DNA from: Octopus sinensis
Lineage: Eukaryota
Direction: 5' to 3'
Assembly: GCF_006345805.1 (NCBI RefSeq)
Contig: NC_043005.1
Span: forward strand, 29,698,001 to 29,762,000
DNA length: 64,000 nt
Below are positions 1 through 12,128 of the stretch, piece by piece (within the stretch, counting starts at the first letter, position 1; each line of letters begins with the position of its first letter). Made by a program: the position numbers and the translations under genes. The notes under the pieces are model-generated. The model was not told where the DNA came from. It saw nothing but the letters and a program-made list of their open reading frames with translations, and did not search any database.

Positions 1-40
<40 letters not shown>

Positions 41-125
41 GCAAAAGTTAATGTAGGAGGAGGTGATTAGGTGATTGAGTAATAGCTAATGTAATAATTA
101 CAATCTTTAACTATTACTACATTAA

Positions 126-246
126 TCAAGCGGAGTCAGTCAGGTGCCATGTTGTATTCTGTTCCACAGGATCGTCTACCATTTTGCACTTTGTGGGTTC
201 TTCATAGAATGAAGTCAGAATGACCTGACATTTCGACTGAAGCTGT
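126..246 (-). CDS. candidate terminal coding exon of an unidentified minus-strand gene
   Basis: Acceptor tttttgttcacaacactcccacag|, then 1 nt plus 39 open codons QLQSKCQVILTSFYEEPTKCKMVDDPVEQNTTWHLTDSA to TGA (126-128). Non-repetitive. Its phase-2 start fits the phase-2 end of exon 30863-31148. No homology recognised. Confidence 0.4.
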
Positions 247-469
247 CTGTGGGAGTGTTGTGAACAAAAACACATAACTAGAGTATTTATTGACTTAGAA
301 TTTGTAAACCATAAAAGATCTTTGTTTGGTTCTTTGTAAATATGATATTCAAGACTCGATTTTTGAAGTTCTCATCCTTCTTTCATCAAGTAATCATGGC
401 CTCTGTTTATGAGGCTTCATCTGAATGTTGAAATAATGGTGCAATGTGAGTTTATATTAGGAAATAAAT

Positions 470-625
470 GCTGGCTGTGTAGGTAAGAAGCTCACTTCTC
501 AACCATGTGATCTTGGTTTCAGTCTCACTGCGTATCACCTTAGCCAAGTGTATTCTACTATAGCTCTGGGCCAACTAAAGCCTTGTGAGTGGATTTGTTA
601 GATGGAAACTGTAAGAATCCCATCA
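470..625 (+). mobile_element. SINE family A, 5' half (tRNA-like head), degraded
   Basis: ggctgtgtaggtaagaagc...ttcagtctcactgcg...aaagccttgtgagtggatt...gatggaaactg matches the heads at 2793, 5548, 17745 and 54165. Confidence 0.8.
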
Positions 626-1549
626 ACTATAAATATATATATTTGAATAGATCAGATAAAAGAAGGGAGGTGAGAGAACAGCTGTTTATTCTGTTTGTTT
701 ACAGTTGTTTCATAATATTGTTATTTACATATTTGGCATTACATCACCATCCACATGGCTATAAGTATAGACATAAAATATATAATAACATGTGTACACC
801 TAAGGAGGAAGCTAACAGACAAATCTTCAGAATGATTCGTGGTAATCCGAAACACCAACTCTACATGTATGTATATGTGTACCCTTGTCTTGACACCACA
901 TGTTTGGTTGTAAATGAGCATTATCATTGTACGCATGAGCTTGTCCACTTCCAGTATTTTGTGAAAACATGTCTAGCAGTGGAAAATATTACTTTGCTCA
1001 GAAACAAGTGTGGGTTGGTGACAGGAACGGCATCCATCCAGCTATAGAAAATCTGCCTCAACGAATTCAATAGAAGTTACATGATGATGAAGTTATAAGA
1101 GTTAATGCCTTGTTTCCAGTTATTGATTTCTGGTTTGACATTGAGGGCTTCAGTGAACAAAAGTGTATGTGACCAAATTTGTGTCATTCTTGTCTTCCTA
1201 TGTGGCCATAAAAAGCAAGCCCTGATACCAAAGCTGGATGTGCTTTGTCAACGACTGGAAATAAGGGACATTGATTATATGATTAATAACACTCATTTAC
1301 AAATGTTGTGCAGTGTCAAGTCTTGAACACACACACACACATACATATAAGGCTCAAAATTATACAAAAAGACAAAAAACAACCGACAGAGAGAGGTGAG
1401 GGAACAACAAACAAGGTGTATTAGTTTGACACTTAGGAAAAATGGAAGAAGTCTTTGAGGTTTGAAGCCTATGCTCTTCTACAGAAAATTTTGTGGAGAA
1501 AAAATGGATGGAGAGCGTACAAATACATACATGTATGTGTATGTGTATG

Positions 1550-1600
<51 letters not shown>

Positions 1601-1606
<6 letters not shown>

Positions 1607-1907
1607 ATCACGTGACCGACCAGACCATCAGATGTTGCTACACATCGCTGGTCACAATGCATTCGCATTGTTTTAGCCTTCGAATGACACCACCTCGCTG
1701 GCTAAGCGAGCAGGCTAACAGAAGAAAGAGTGAGAGAAATAGTGGTGAAGGAGTACAGCAGGGATCACCCCCCCCCCCTGCCGGAGCCCTGTGGAGCTTT
1801 TAGGTGTTTTCGCTCAATAAACACACACAACGCCCGGTCTGGGGACCGAAACCGCGATCCTACAACTGCGAGTCCACTGCCCTCACCACTGGGCCATTGC
1901 GCCTCCA
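1601..1907 (-). mobile_element. tRNA-derived SINE (family C) inserted in (TA)n
   Basis: Minus strand begins tggaggcgcaaTGGCCCAGTGG (A box, 1886-1896), with B-box-like GGTTTCGGTCCCC (1841-1853). Ends gtcacgtgatcacgtg. (TA)n on both sides; CpG-rich relative to background. Confidence 0.8.
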
Positions 1908-1951
<44 letters not shown>

Positions 1952-2289
1952 AACACATACACACATATATATACATATAAGTACAGTCTTTGTGATATGG
2001 GAAGATGGCTCATCTGGAAAAGCAGCTTAGACCCCACCACATGTCTAAATTCAAGAACTGAACTTTTCGAGGAGCAATGCTTGTGGCAGGTCTTCCAGAT
2101 TGCTCATTGTCTTCTGCTTTTGAAGTTCCCGTGGCACTTGAAACATTGCATACGACCCATTGCCTCATTGCCATAAGCTTGCCAAAGTATGCTCAATGTC
2201 TCTTTAGCAGACTTCTCATGTTCAGCATAAAATTTCACATTGACTCTTTGTTCCAACTTCCTGTCCCTTACAAAGCTTGCAGACTGCAT

Positions 2290-2330
2290 GTTCAATTCCA
2301 GGCAGTGACCTGAATAATAATAATAATAAT

Positions 2331-2398
<68 letters not shown>

Positions 2399-2570
2399 TT
2401 GAAAAATATCTTAGGAATGAGAACCCAAGTTCGAAATTTCCCCAATTCACCTGATGAAGGCTGGAGGGTATATCAGCCGAAACGTTGTGTTAACAACAAA
2501 CAAGGTGAGGACAAATATCCATCAAATGTAAATAATGTACATAATTCCTCATCTCTTAAATATAGAACTA
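2290..2570 (+). mobile_element. tRNA-headed SINE-like element with (AAT)n and a hammerhead-containing tail (copy 1)
   Basis: B box GTTCAATTCC (2290-2299), (AAT)n 2313-2398, body 2399-2570 nearly identical to 6445-6592, hammerhead at 2448-2489. Confidence 0.75.
2448..2489 (+). ncRNA. minimal type I hammerhead ribozyme motif
   Basis: CAC-CTGATGA-A-GGCTG-gagggtatat-CAGCC-GAAA-CG-T-T-GTG. Core CUGAUGA and GAAA, 5-bp helix II, palindromic loopless helix III (AACGTT), helix I CAC/GTG. Confidence 0.7.
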
Positions 2571-2760
2571 TATTACACGTGATTACACGTGATTATAAAA
2601 ACAAAATTTTCACAACTTGCAAAGTAAACATAACACTGTCATTCAGCTCACTGCCTCATGTAAGTCACTGCTAGCTCTCTCTATGCATGCAACCATGTGC
2701 TGCCATCTGTTGGTACACAGGACAACTAGTCCAGGAATTTTTTGATACCACTTAGTATGC

Positions 2761-2792
<32 letters not shown>

Positions 2793-2794
<2 letters not shown>

Positions 2795-2961
2795 GTCTAG
2801 GCATGGCTGTGTGGTAAGTAGCTTGCTTACCAACCACATGATTCCAGGTTCAGTGGGACTGAACCTGGAATTTGCACCTTGGGCAAATGTCTTCTACTAT
2901 AGCCTCGGGTTGACCAAAGCCTTGTCAGTGGATTTAGTAGACGGAAACTGAAAGAAGTCCA

Positions 2962-3039
<78 letters not shown>

Positions 3040-3730
3040 TTAATGTATGCTTTCCATGCTAGCATGGGTTGGACGATTTGACTGAGGACTGGCGAACCAG
3101 ATGGCTGCAACATGCTCTAATCTTGATCTGGCAGAGTTTCTACAGCTGGATGCCCTTCCTTATGCCAACTACTCCTAGAGTATAGTGGGTGCTTTTACGT
3201 GCCACTGGCATGAGGGCCAGTCAAGTGGTACTGGCAATGGCCACACCCAAATGGTGTTTTTTTATGTGTCACCTACACACCATCACAAGTGCCAGTAAGG
3301 CGATGTGGTAATGATCATGCTCGAATGGTGCATTTTATGTGCCACCAGCATGGACGCCAGTTAGCCACTCTGACAACAATCATGCTCAGATGGTGCTCTT
3401 AGTGCTCCACTAACATGGATGCCAGTCATCAAATTTGATTTCAATTTCACTTGTCTTAACAGGTCTTCACAAGCAGTGTCCAATGAAGGAAAGGTACGCA
3501 TAAGTGGGCTGGTTAGATATATATGTGTGTGTGTATGTGTATGTTTGTGTGTGTGTGTTTGTCCCTCCACCATCTCTTGACAACTGATGCAGGTGTGTTT
3601 ACGTCCCTGTAACATAGCAGTTCAACAAGAGAGACCGATAGAATAAGTACTAGGCTTACAAAGAATGAGTTCTGGGGTTAATTTGTTTGACTAAAGATGG
3701 TGCTCCTGCATGGCCACAGTCAAAAAAAAA
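2793..3730 (+). mobile_element. SINE family A (head 2793-2965, tail 3545-3730) split by (TA)n and an antisense RTE 3' fragment
   Basis: Head as at 5548. Tail ends ggtgctcctgcatggccacagtcaaaaaaaaa. The RTE-type 3' UTR fragment occupies about 3008-3515 on the minus strand. Confidence 0.8.
3008..3515 (-). mobile_element. 5'-truncated RTE LINE 3' UTR fragment with (GAT)n tail
   Basis: Reverse complement matches 39520-40394 (ccaacccatgctagcatggaaa...ttaaatgatgatgat). Similar short copies lie near 11672, 13330, 13638, 14790, 22790, 44470, 51530, 51915, 52790, 56790, 57320 and 59990. Confidence 0.85.
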
Positions 3731-4127
3731 GAATAGTGTAAACATATTTAGTAGTTATAGTAACTGACTAAGGGATATAATATCTGTATATACTATCGGT
3801 ATTCATTACCCATATGATCCCCGGGGCATTGCTGTGCAGGCACACTATACACATAGAGTGCAGGTAATAACCAAGGTAATAAACAAGAGTTTAGCAGGAA
3901 ACAAATGCAAATAATCAGAAAATGGAGAAAACCTCAGATTAACAAGCACATCAATTGGACCACATTTATAGCTTATTTATTAACAGAAAGCAGGACATAA
4001 CAAAATAGGTGACATATATGTTTTGTCACCTGTTTGTTATGTCATGCTTTGTATTAAAAAATATGCTGTAAATGTGGTCCAATTGATGTGTTTGTTAATC
4101 TGTGGTTTTCTCTATTTTCAGTTTATA

Positions 4128-4168
<41 letters not shown>

Positions 4169-4169
4169 A

Positions 4170-4230
<61 letters not shown>

Positions 4231-4325
4231 TATATATATATAGCACCAGGTGGTGCTATTAAGTTAGACATGGCCTGGGCCAATAATGGCTGAAACCTAT
4301 CAAAGTATCAAAGTATATATATATA

Positions 4326-4811
4326 TCTATATATATAAAACTGTAGTTGTGTGAGTGTCTGTCCCCTTCGATTTAGATTCCTAACTACTCCCACATTTTG
4401 CAGTGCAGTTTAACCAAATTTGGGTATCTTATAGTTGTGATTCATATCGAGCCCGTCTGAGTATTAGCGCGCGTCTACGATGAGTCTACGATTTAAAATT
4501 TTTTTATTCCATTTTAATGCATAATTTTTCGTGTGTCGATGGCGTCCATGGTCACACCTGCACCTGTTTGCTTCTCCCCTTTCTTCCCTCCCTCGTGAAG
4601 CTGTGGGGAAGGGAGTGTAAGGAAATCAACGTCGTAAAGCGTTGTCAAGGAGACCAGCGCTCTTTTAGAACAACGACTTCATGGCTTGAAGACACCAAAA
4701 CAGAAATGGCTAAGAAAGCCCGAATTGGCATCTATAAGGGAAGTAACTCTCTAAAAATGCTAATATAGTTATTTCCCTTTAAACCCAAGCAACGCCGGGC
4801 GATACTGCTAG
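4326..4811 (+). mobile_element. non-autonomous Helitron
   Basis: 5' A|TCTATATATATAAA, 3' hairpin cccaagcaacgccggg followed by gatactgCTAG|T. Inserted between A and T with no TSD. Shares both termini with 35947-36342. Confidence 0.8.
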
Positions 4812-4812
4812 T

Positions 4813-4844
<32 letters not shown>

Positions 4845-5547
4845 GCAAAAGAGGGAGTGGTGTTTCCATGCAGGAAAAAATATAGGAAAATGTGTTATTG
4901 AAAATGCGCTTAAATTTCAAAAGCTCATAAATGTTTAAAATACATTTATTTACATATATACCAAACTAGTTTCAACAATATTTTCTGTTTATCAATGGTA
5001 AAAGTGTAAAATTAGAAAAACATCAATATAAGTTTCAATGTTGACAAATCAAAATGTTTCAATTTTGATAAACTGAAATGTTTCTATATTGTTAAATTAA
5101 AATGTTTCAATGTTGATAAATCATGTTCAAAACATACATAAATACTTACATACATACATACACACAAACACAGACGCACACACATACATACACATGCATA
5201 CATACATACACACATACATATGTATGCATACATACATTCATACATACATACAGAGAGACATGCACACATACATACATATGCATATGAACATACATATATA
5301 GAGACACGCACACATATATACACATGCATATGTACATATATACATACATACGTAGAGACATGCAAACATACAAACACATGCATATGTACATACATACACA
5401 TGCATACGTACATACCTACCTACATACATACATACATACATACATTGTGTATCTGATGCCAGCATGGAAAACAGACATTAAGTGATGATGATGATGATAT
5501 ATACACATACATGCACATGCACGCACACGTACACACACACACACAGA

Positions 5548-6258
<711 letters not shown>

Positions 6259-6281
6259 ATATATATATATATAATTTTCAT

Positions 6282-6370
6282 TTCTATATTTAAGAGATGA
6301 GGAATTATATACATTAATTACGGGCATTTGGTGTAGTGGTTAAGAGCGCTGAATAATAATAATAATAATG

Positions 6371-6428
<58 letters not shown>

Positions 6429-6595
6429 TGATGATGATGATAATAACATCAAAAAATACCTTAGGAATGAGAACCAAAGTTCAAAATTTCCCCAAGACAC
6501 CTGATGAAGGCTGGAGGGTATATCAGCTGAAATGGTGTGTTAACAACAAACAAGGTGAGGACAAATATTCGGCAAATGTAAATAATGTATATATA
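6282..6595 (+). mobile_element. hammerhead SINE copy 2 with A box and an inverted 3' end at its 5' side
   Basis: 6282-6316 is the reverse complement of 2533-2567 (34/35 match). A box TGGTGTAGTGG at 6329-6339, then (AAT)n, then a decayed hammerhead ACAC-CTGATGA-A-GGCTG...CAGCT-GAAA-TGGT-GTGT at 6497-6540. Confidence 0.75.
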
Positions 6596-7750
6596 ATGTT
6601 GTAGATATATAGAATACATACATAAATGTGTGTATATTATTTAAGGAATATATATTTTCGTAAGCAGACATATATATATGAATCTTATTGTTTAATTAAA
6701 TATTATTCTTTGATTTTATTCAAGATCAATAGTGAAATGCATGACCCCCTTCCCTCCTACCTTACTACTTAGGAAGAGGTACCAAACACAGCCCCATCTT
6801 ACCATTGGAAACTCAATAATACCAGACAAAATTGACCTTGATGGGATTTGAAACCAAAATACTGAGTTGTGAAACTGAATCTGATAATATATTTCATCTG
6901 GAATTCCAGTGTTTCTGCTCGGTTACCACTTTCGTGATATTAATATAGCAACACATCTCAGAAATTTAGAGTTGTAAAAAAAGCGAAAAAAAAATCTGGC
7001 GGGGGGGAAACTCCTACCGACTGTTAGATTTGCAGAACAGCACATCTCACATGCTGGCATCGGTGCCTTATCAAAATATTGTCTTCAATGCATTAATACC
7101 TGAATTTATTGGCTGAGAAAGAATTTCAGCTGCTTTTAATTAAGGTGATAGTGCATAGTGTGGAAGCCACATCAGCAACTTCAGACATTTTATCAAGAAA
7201 ATAATATCTTTTCAGGGAGATGAGATCTTTGAAGAATTCAGCAGAGAAAATGAGGGGGGGAGGTAAGAGAGAAGGGGTGGTGAGAGAGAGAGAGAAAGAG
7301 AAAGAGACTCATTGCAGACATACAAGTGTATTAATTTAGAAAGAACAGCATGAAGAAGTTTGTTGTAATATATGTCAACTACGATTAAATTACTAGTGAA
7401 GGGCAACAGTATTTTGCTTTACATATGTGTAACTTCACTAACTTGGCTTTTATAAATGTCAGTTTAACTTCATACAATAGTTTCATAATTAACACACACA
7501 CACGCACATGCGCGCAAACATATATACATGTGTAATTATATATATATATATATATGTATATCTATCTATCTATCTGTTGTTTGTCTATCTCTCTCCATCT
7601 CTCTCTGTCTCTCTCTCTGTCTCTCTCTCTCTATATATATAAATTTAAATAATGAGGGTGATAATTTGAATATTAATTTAATTAACATCAATTTAAAGCC
7701 AGTGGCCTAGCATATAGAAAAATCTGAACATTCAGAAAAATTGTATTACA

Positions 7751-7990
7751 TGCGTATAAGAAGGATGACCACTAAGTGGACATCCAATATGCTAGAAATA
7801 GATCACCTATGATCTAACCACAAAGAAAAGAATGTTCTCCAGAAAAATTCTGCAAACACCAGAATGTAAGCTTATGTTCTGGTGTTTGCTGAATTTTTCT
7901 GAAGAACATTATTTTCTTTGTGGTTAGATCGTAGGTGATCTATTTCTAGCATATGGATGTCCACTTAGTGATCATCCTTTCTTATACGCA
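7751..7990. repeat. 240-bp spacerless palindrome (fold-back/MITE-like)
   Basis: tgcgtataag...aag|ctt...cttatacgca. The arms pair along their whole length with scattered mismatches; centre is 7870/7871. Confidence 0.9.
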
Positions 7991-8401
7991 TATATAAATA
8001 TATTTGAGTGTGTATGTATATATATATGTATATTAGAAGGTATAGAGATGATGTACAGGTATTATATATTAGAAGAAATGAGGTACTCGGAAATCTGGAT
8101 GGTTTTATATTTACAGATATTTATTAGTATGTTACATGTTTTTATAAGTCATATATCATATATTAGCGCTTATATTAGTGGAGTTGTCAAATTGAACTTT
8201 TGCAGGAATTTTGTCTCTTTTTATAGTATTATTGAGTGTGTAGGGGTGGGGAGAGATATAAGATAGTACAAGAGGTTGAGGAGTGGGGAGAAAGTGAGAG
8301 AGAGAGAGTGTGTGTGTGTGTGTTTGTATCTGAAAGGTGTGTTGAAGAGAAAGAAAGGAAGAAGAAGGAGAGAAAGAAGAAAAAATTTGTTGATATCTTT
8401 G

Positions 8402-8528
8402 CAGCTGGTCAGTCTTTCAATAGTAAATGATTCTTGGTTTTTAGAAATAGCAAATCCAGCTGGTCAGTCTTTCAATAGTAAATGATTGTTGGCTTTTAGA
8501 AATGGGAAGCCCAGCTGGTCACTTCAAT
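8402..8528 (+). repeat. 55-bp tandem repeat (2.3 units)
   Basis: cagctggtcagtctttcaatagtaaatgatt... starts at 8402, 8457 and 8512. Confidence 0.85.
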
Positions 8529-8959
8529 GGGGGCAAAATGTCACTTCTCAAAAAATTGTCTGGATTTCTTTTAATCATTGTTTTGTGAGAGAGGGAGAGA
8601 GTGTGTGTGTATGTGCGCACTTGTGTGTGTGGGTGCCTGTGTATCTGAAAGGGGTGTCGATGGAGAAGAGAAGAAAGACGAAAGAGAGGAAGAAGAAATA
8701 ATTGTGTTGACAATTTATACCACTGTTCAGTTCTTTCAATTCAATATGTGATTCCTGTGCTGATAAGGGTTGGGGAATCTGGATGAAAGATTGTTTTTAT
8801 TTATGTTTTTATTTTACATATGTGTAGTACTGTGTGTGTGTGTGTGTGTGTGTGTGTTTAATACAATTCACTTTACAAAATTGGTCCTTCATCTAGTACA
8901 AATTATCATAGAAATATTTTCGGCCATTCAATTCGGGGAAGAACTTTGTTATGAAGTAT

Positions 8960-9836
8960 TTTTTTTCTCTAGTTTCAGCTCAGAGCTGTGGCCATGCTGA
9001 TGCACCGCCGTTTTGCTACACTGTTATTACTAAGAGCCTCCTCTAATATGTGGCACTTGGTGAAGCGTGGAGTTTGATATAGCTACCCTCATTTTCACCT
9101 CTTGCCATGAGGTAGGTTCATCTGGGACTCTCGACAGGAAGAGGTCCAGCTTTGATTTAAAAACCCCTACATATACTTTGTGTAAGTTTCTCAGACTCTT
9201 TGGGAGAATATTAAAAGCTATGGGCCCTAGAAACCCAGGCTATTGCAGTAACTGGTCCTGAAGCGTGATGGCATTGCTGGGACCTTTGGCACTATGCAGT
9301 ATTGACCCGTTCTGGCATTGGTGTAGCTTTCAATGCCAAAATTTGACACAATTCCTTCCAGGATCTTCCAGATATATTTTACTGCATACCTCTCCCGTCT
9401 TCTCTCCAGGGAGTAGAGTCTTAACTGTTTCAACCTTTCCCAGTAGCTGAGCTGCTGCAAAGAGACGATCTTCTTTATGAATCTTCTCTGGATTGCTTCA
9501 AGATCCGCTGTTAATTTCACACGGGTAGGTGACCATAGCTGTGAGCAGTAATCTAGGTGGCTGAGGACGAATGTCTGCCAGAGGACCATCATGGTTTCCT
9601 TATCTCTGGTTCTGAATGTTCTTAGGATCCATCCAGCCAGTCGTCTGCACTTTGCCGCCATCCTGGTAATGTGCACCAGGAAAGAGGTATCATCACTCAT
9701 GTCGATACCCAGGTCCCTCACTGACTTAGGCTCTTGGATTGAAATTTCCTGTGGACTGGTGGACCCTGTAAGTTTCATATTCAGTTTTGGATGCTGGTAG
9801 CACAGTGCTTGGAATTTTTCAGCATTAAGCTGCATT
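8960..9836 (-). mobile_element. CR1/L2-group LINE 3' fragment (RT C-terminus plus 3' UTR)
   Basis: ORF 9227-9835 reads RDLGI...LSHLDYCSQLWSP...LEAIQRRF...SYWERLKQLRLYSLERRRER, the typical CR1 post-RT motifs. The 3' UTR ends at about 8960 in an A-rich tail. Confidence 0.9.
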
Positions 9837-9990
9837 TACAGTTCAACTTGCCTGAAGAACCTGTGCACCCATAGGTGAAACTCGCAGTAGCAAGACATTG
9901 ACTCAACCAAAATAAAAACTATATACAAACCGTCCTAACCATGCAAGCATGAATCATGGGGGATAAATGATGATAATGATATATTGATAA

Positions 9991-10021
<31 letters not shown>

Positions 10022-10344
10022 TATAAAGGAGGAATGAATGTAAAAAATATATTAGGCAGGATATATCTTAAACAATTCAAAATTATTTACGAATATATCA
10101 GTGGCCAGAACATGCTATCAAAAAATTCTTTCGTAAAAGCAAAGTGTATAATTGGGATTTATTCACAATTATAATGGAGAGGGTTATAAAAACCCTTACA
10201 TGGCTAGAAATAGCAGTCAAAACTGCTATAATGACACTATAATCACTTATATTAAATCCCCTTGACAATAAAAGCTGTCAGTGAGTGACATGACATAAAA
10301 ATTTAAAATTTAAATAAAAGTAATATATATGTGTGTGTGTATTT

Positions 10345-10760
10345 TTTCTTTACTTGTTTCAGTCCTTTGACTGTAGCCATGCTGGAGCACTGCCTTGAAC
10401 AGTTTTTACTTGAATAAATTGACACTGGGACTTTTTTTTTTAAAGCCTAGTTCTTATTCTATTGGTCTCTTTTGCTGAACCGCTATGTTACTGGGATGTA
10501 AAGACACCAACACTGATTATCATGCAGTGATGGTGGGGTGGGGGGCTAACTCAAAGACACACACAAAAATACAAACATATATATATGTATATATATATGA
10601 CAGGCTTCTTTCAGTTTCCATCTGCCAAATGCACTCACAAGCCTTTGCTTGGCCTGAGGCTATAGCAGAAAACATCTTGCCTAAGGTGCCACACAGTGGA
10701 ACTGAACCTGGAACCATGTGGTTGGGAAGCAAGCTTTTTACCACATAACCATAGCTATAC
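10345..10760 (-). mobile_element. SINE family A, near full length
   Basis: Reverse complement of head (10595-10760) and tail (10345-10570) as at 5548-6258. Confidence 0.85.
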
Positions 10761-12128
10761 CTATACATACATATATCTGCCTTTTAGCAGTTGAAATATG
10801 TGACAAACATATTTCAATTAACTAAATTCTGCCCATACCTAAACACTGCTTTGTGCCAATGCTTCATTATATACATATATACATACATGCATACATACAC
10901 ACATACATACATGCATACATACATACATACATACATACATACATACATACACACATTCATATGTACGTATGTGTATATGGATGTATGTAGTCAGACAGTC
11001 AGACACACCTGAGTTACATCTTATGATTGCCATATCTTATCCTTCACACATCTGTTATCATTCTCAACACCTTCTCATATGTACCTTCAATGCTCCCCCC
11101 CCATCTTTGTCTGCCATTCACTGTTTTCTCCCCTCTATACCTCTGATCTCCTTCTCTCCCCCCTCTCCCTCTCTCTTTCTCTCTCTCTCTCCCCACACAT
11201 CAGTCCCTCTTTCTCATTTACTCACCTTGCTGCTTCCTCCCTTTTTTTGTTCTGCCCCTTACCACCTCTTCCTTCCCCGAGTTGCTTCTGCTTCCTTCAC
11301 TCCTACCACATTTACCATCAACCACACACCCCCACTCTTGTTCATTACCTTCACCTCTCCCACCATCCCTAACCATCTCTCCCTCTTCTCTTACACCCAA
11401 TCTTCTGTCCCTATGATCTCTTAAAGCCCTTTTGTACCTTGAGTGTATGCCCTTACTCCTCATCGCCACATCATTCTCTTCTTACCCAGCGACTTTCACC
11501 CACCCTTATATAATGCAGGGTAGCCTTTTTTTTCTTCCACAGTAAGACACCTGCCCCTTTCCTTCTATAATACTTTAGCTCGCAATACCTAACGTAATGC
11601 TACTCTCCTCTCTTCTACAATCCCACACATTCGGGGGTGGGGGTGGGGAACCTTTCCCTTTCATCATCATCATCGTCGTCGTCGTTTAACATCCACTTTC
11701 CATGTTGGCATAGGTTGGACGGTTTGACTGAGGACTGGTGAGACAGGAAGCTGCACCAGGCTCAAATCTGATCTGGCAAAGTTTCTACAGCTGGATGCCC
11801 TTCCTAACGCCAACCACTCCAAGAGTGTAGTGGGTGCTTTTACGTGCCACTGGTATGAAGGCCAGTCAGATGGTATTGGCATCAGCCATGCTCAAATGGT
11901 GCTCTTTATGTGCCACCTGCACATGACATACTTCACTAATGTTGGAATCATGAAAACATGCACCCAGTACATTCTGTGCATGGTTTTAAAAAAAGGAATC
12001 GAAACTGTAGAGACTAGGTCAAAGTAGTTATCGGAGATCAGTGCAGTCATCTGATTCTTTGAATCCTGTAGAACCATCAACCCATGACAGCATAGAAGAT
12101 GGACATAAAATGATGATGATGATGATAT

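Larger units (their letters stand above)
1985..2755 (-). mobile_element. mariner transposon 5' fragment interrupted by the hammerhead SINE
   Basis: Minus translation EQRVNVKFYAEHEKSAKETLSILWQAYGNEAMGRMQCFKCHGNFKSRR is a mariner N-terminal HTH. TIR-like end ctaagtggtatcaaaaaattcctggac with flanking TA (2756-2757). The sequence is split between about 2289 and 2636. Confidence 0.8.

Noticed and set aside
170-225. Plus-strand acceptor ttgtattctgttccacag and other plus-strand exon candidates (21450, 22940, 49870, 51445, 57721, 60508, 62179)
   Set aside because: Short frames, weak or missing partner splice sites and no coherent chain. Such signals are expected by chance in AT-rich DNA.
1830-1907. 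Functional tRNA genes (also 6321-6350, 49194-49290, 49446-49520)
   Set aside because: A and B boxes are present but there is no complete cloverleaf. These are SINE heads or relics.
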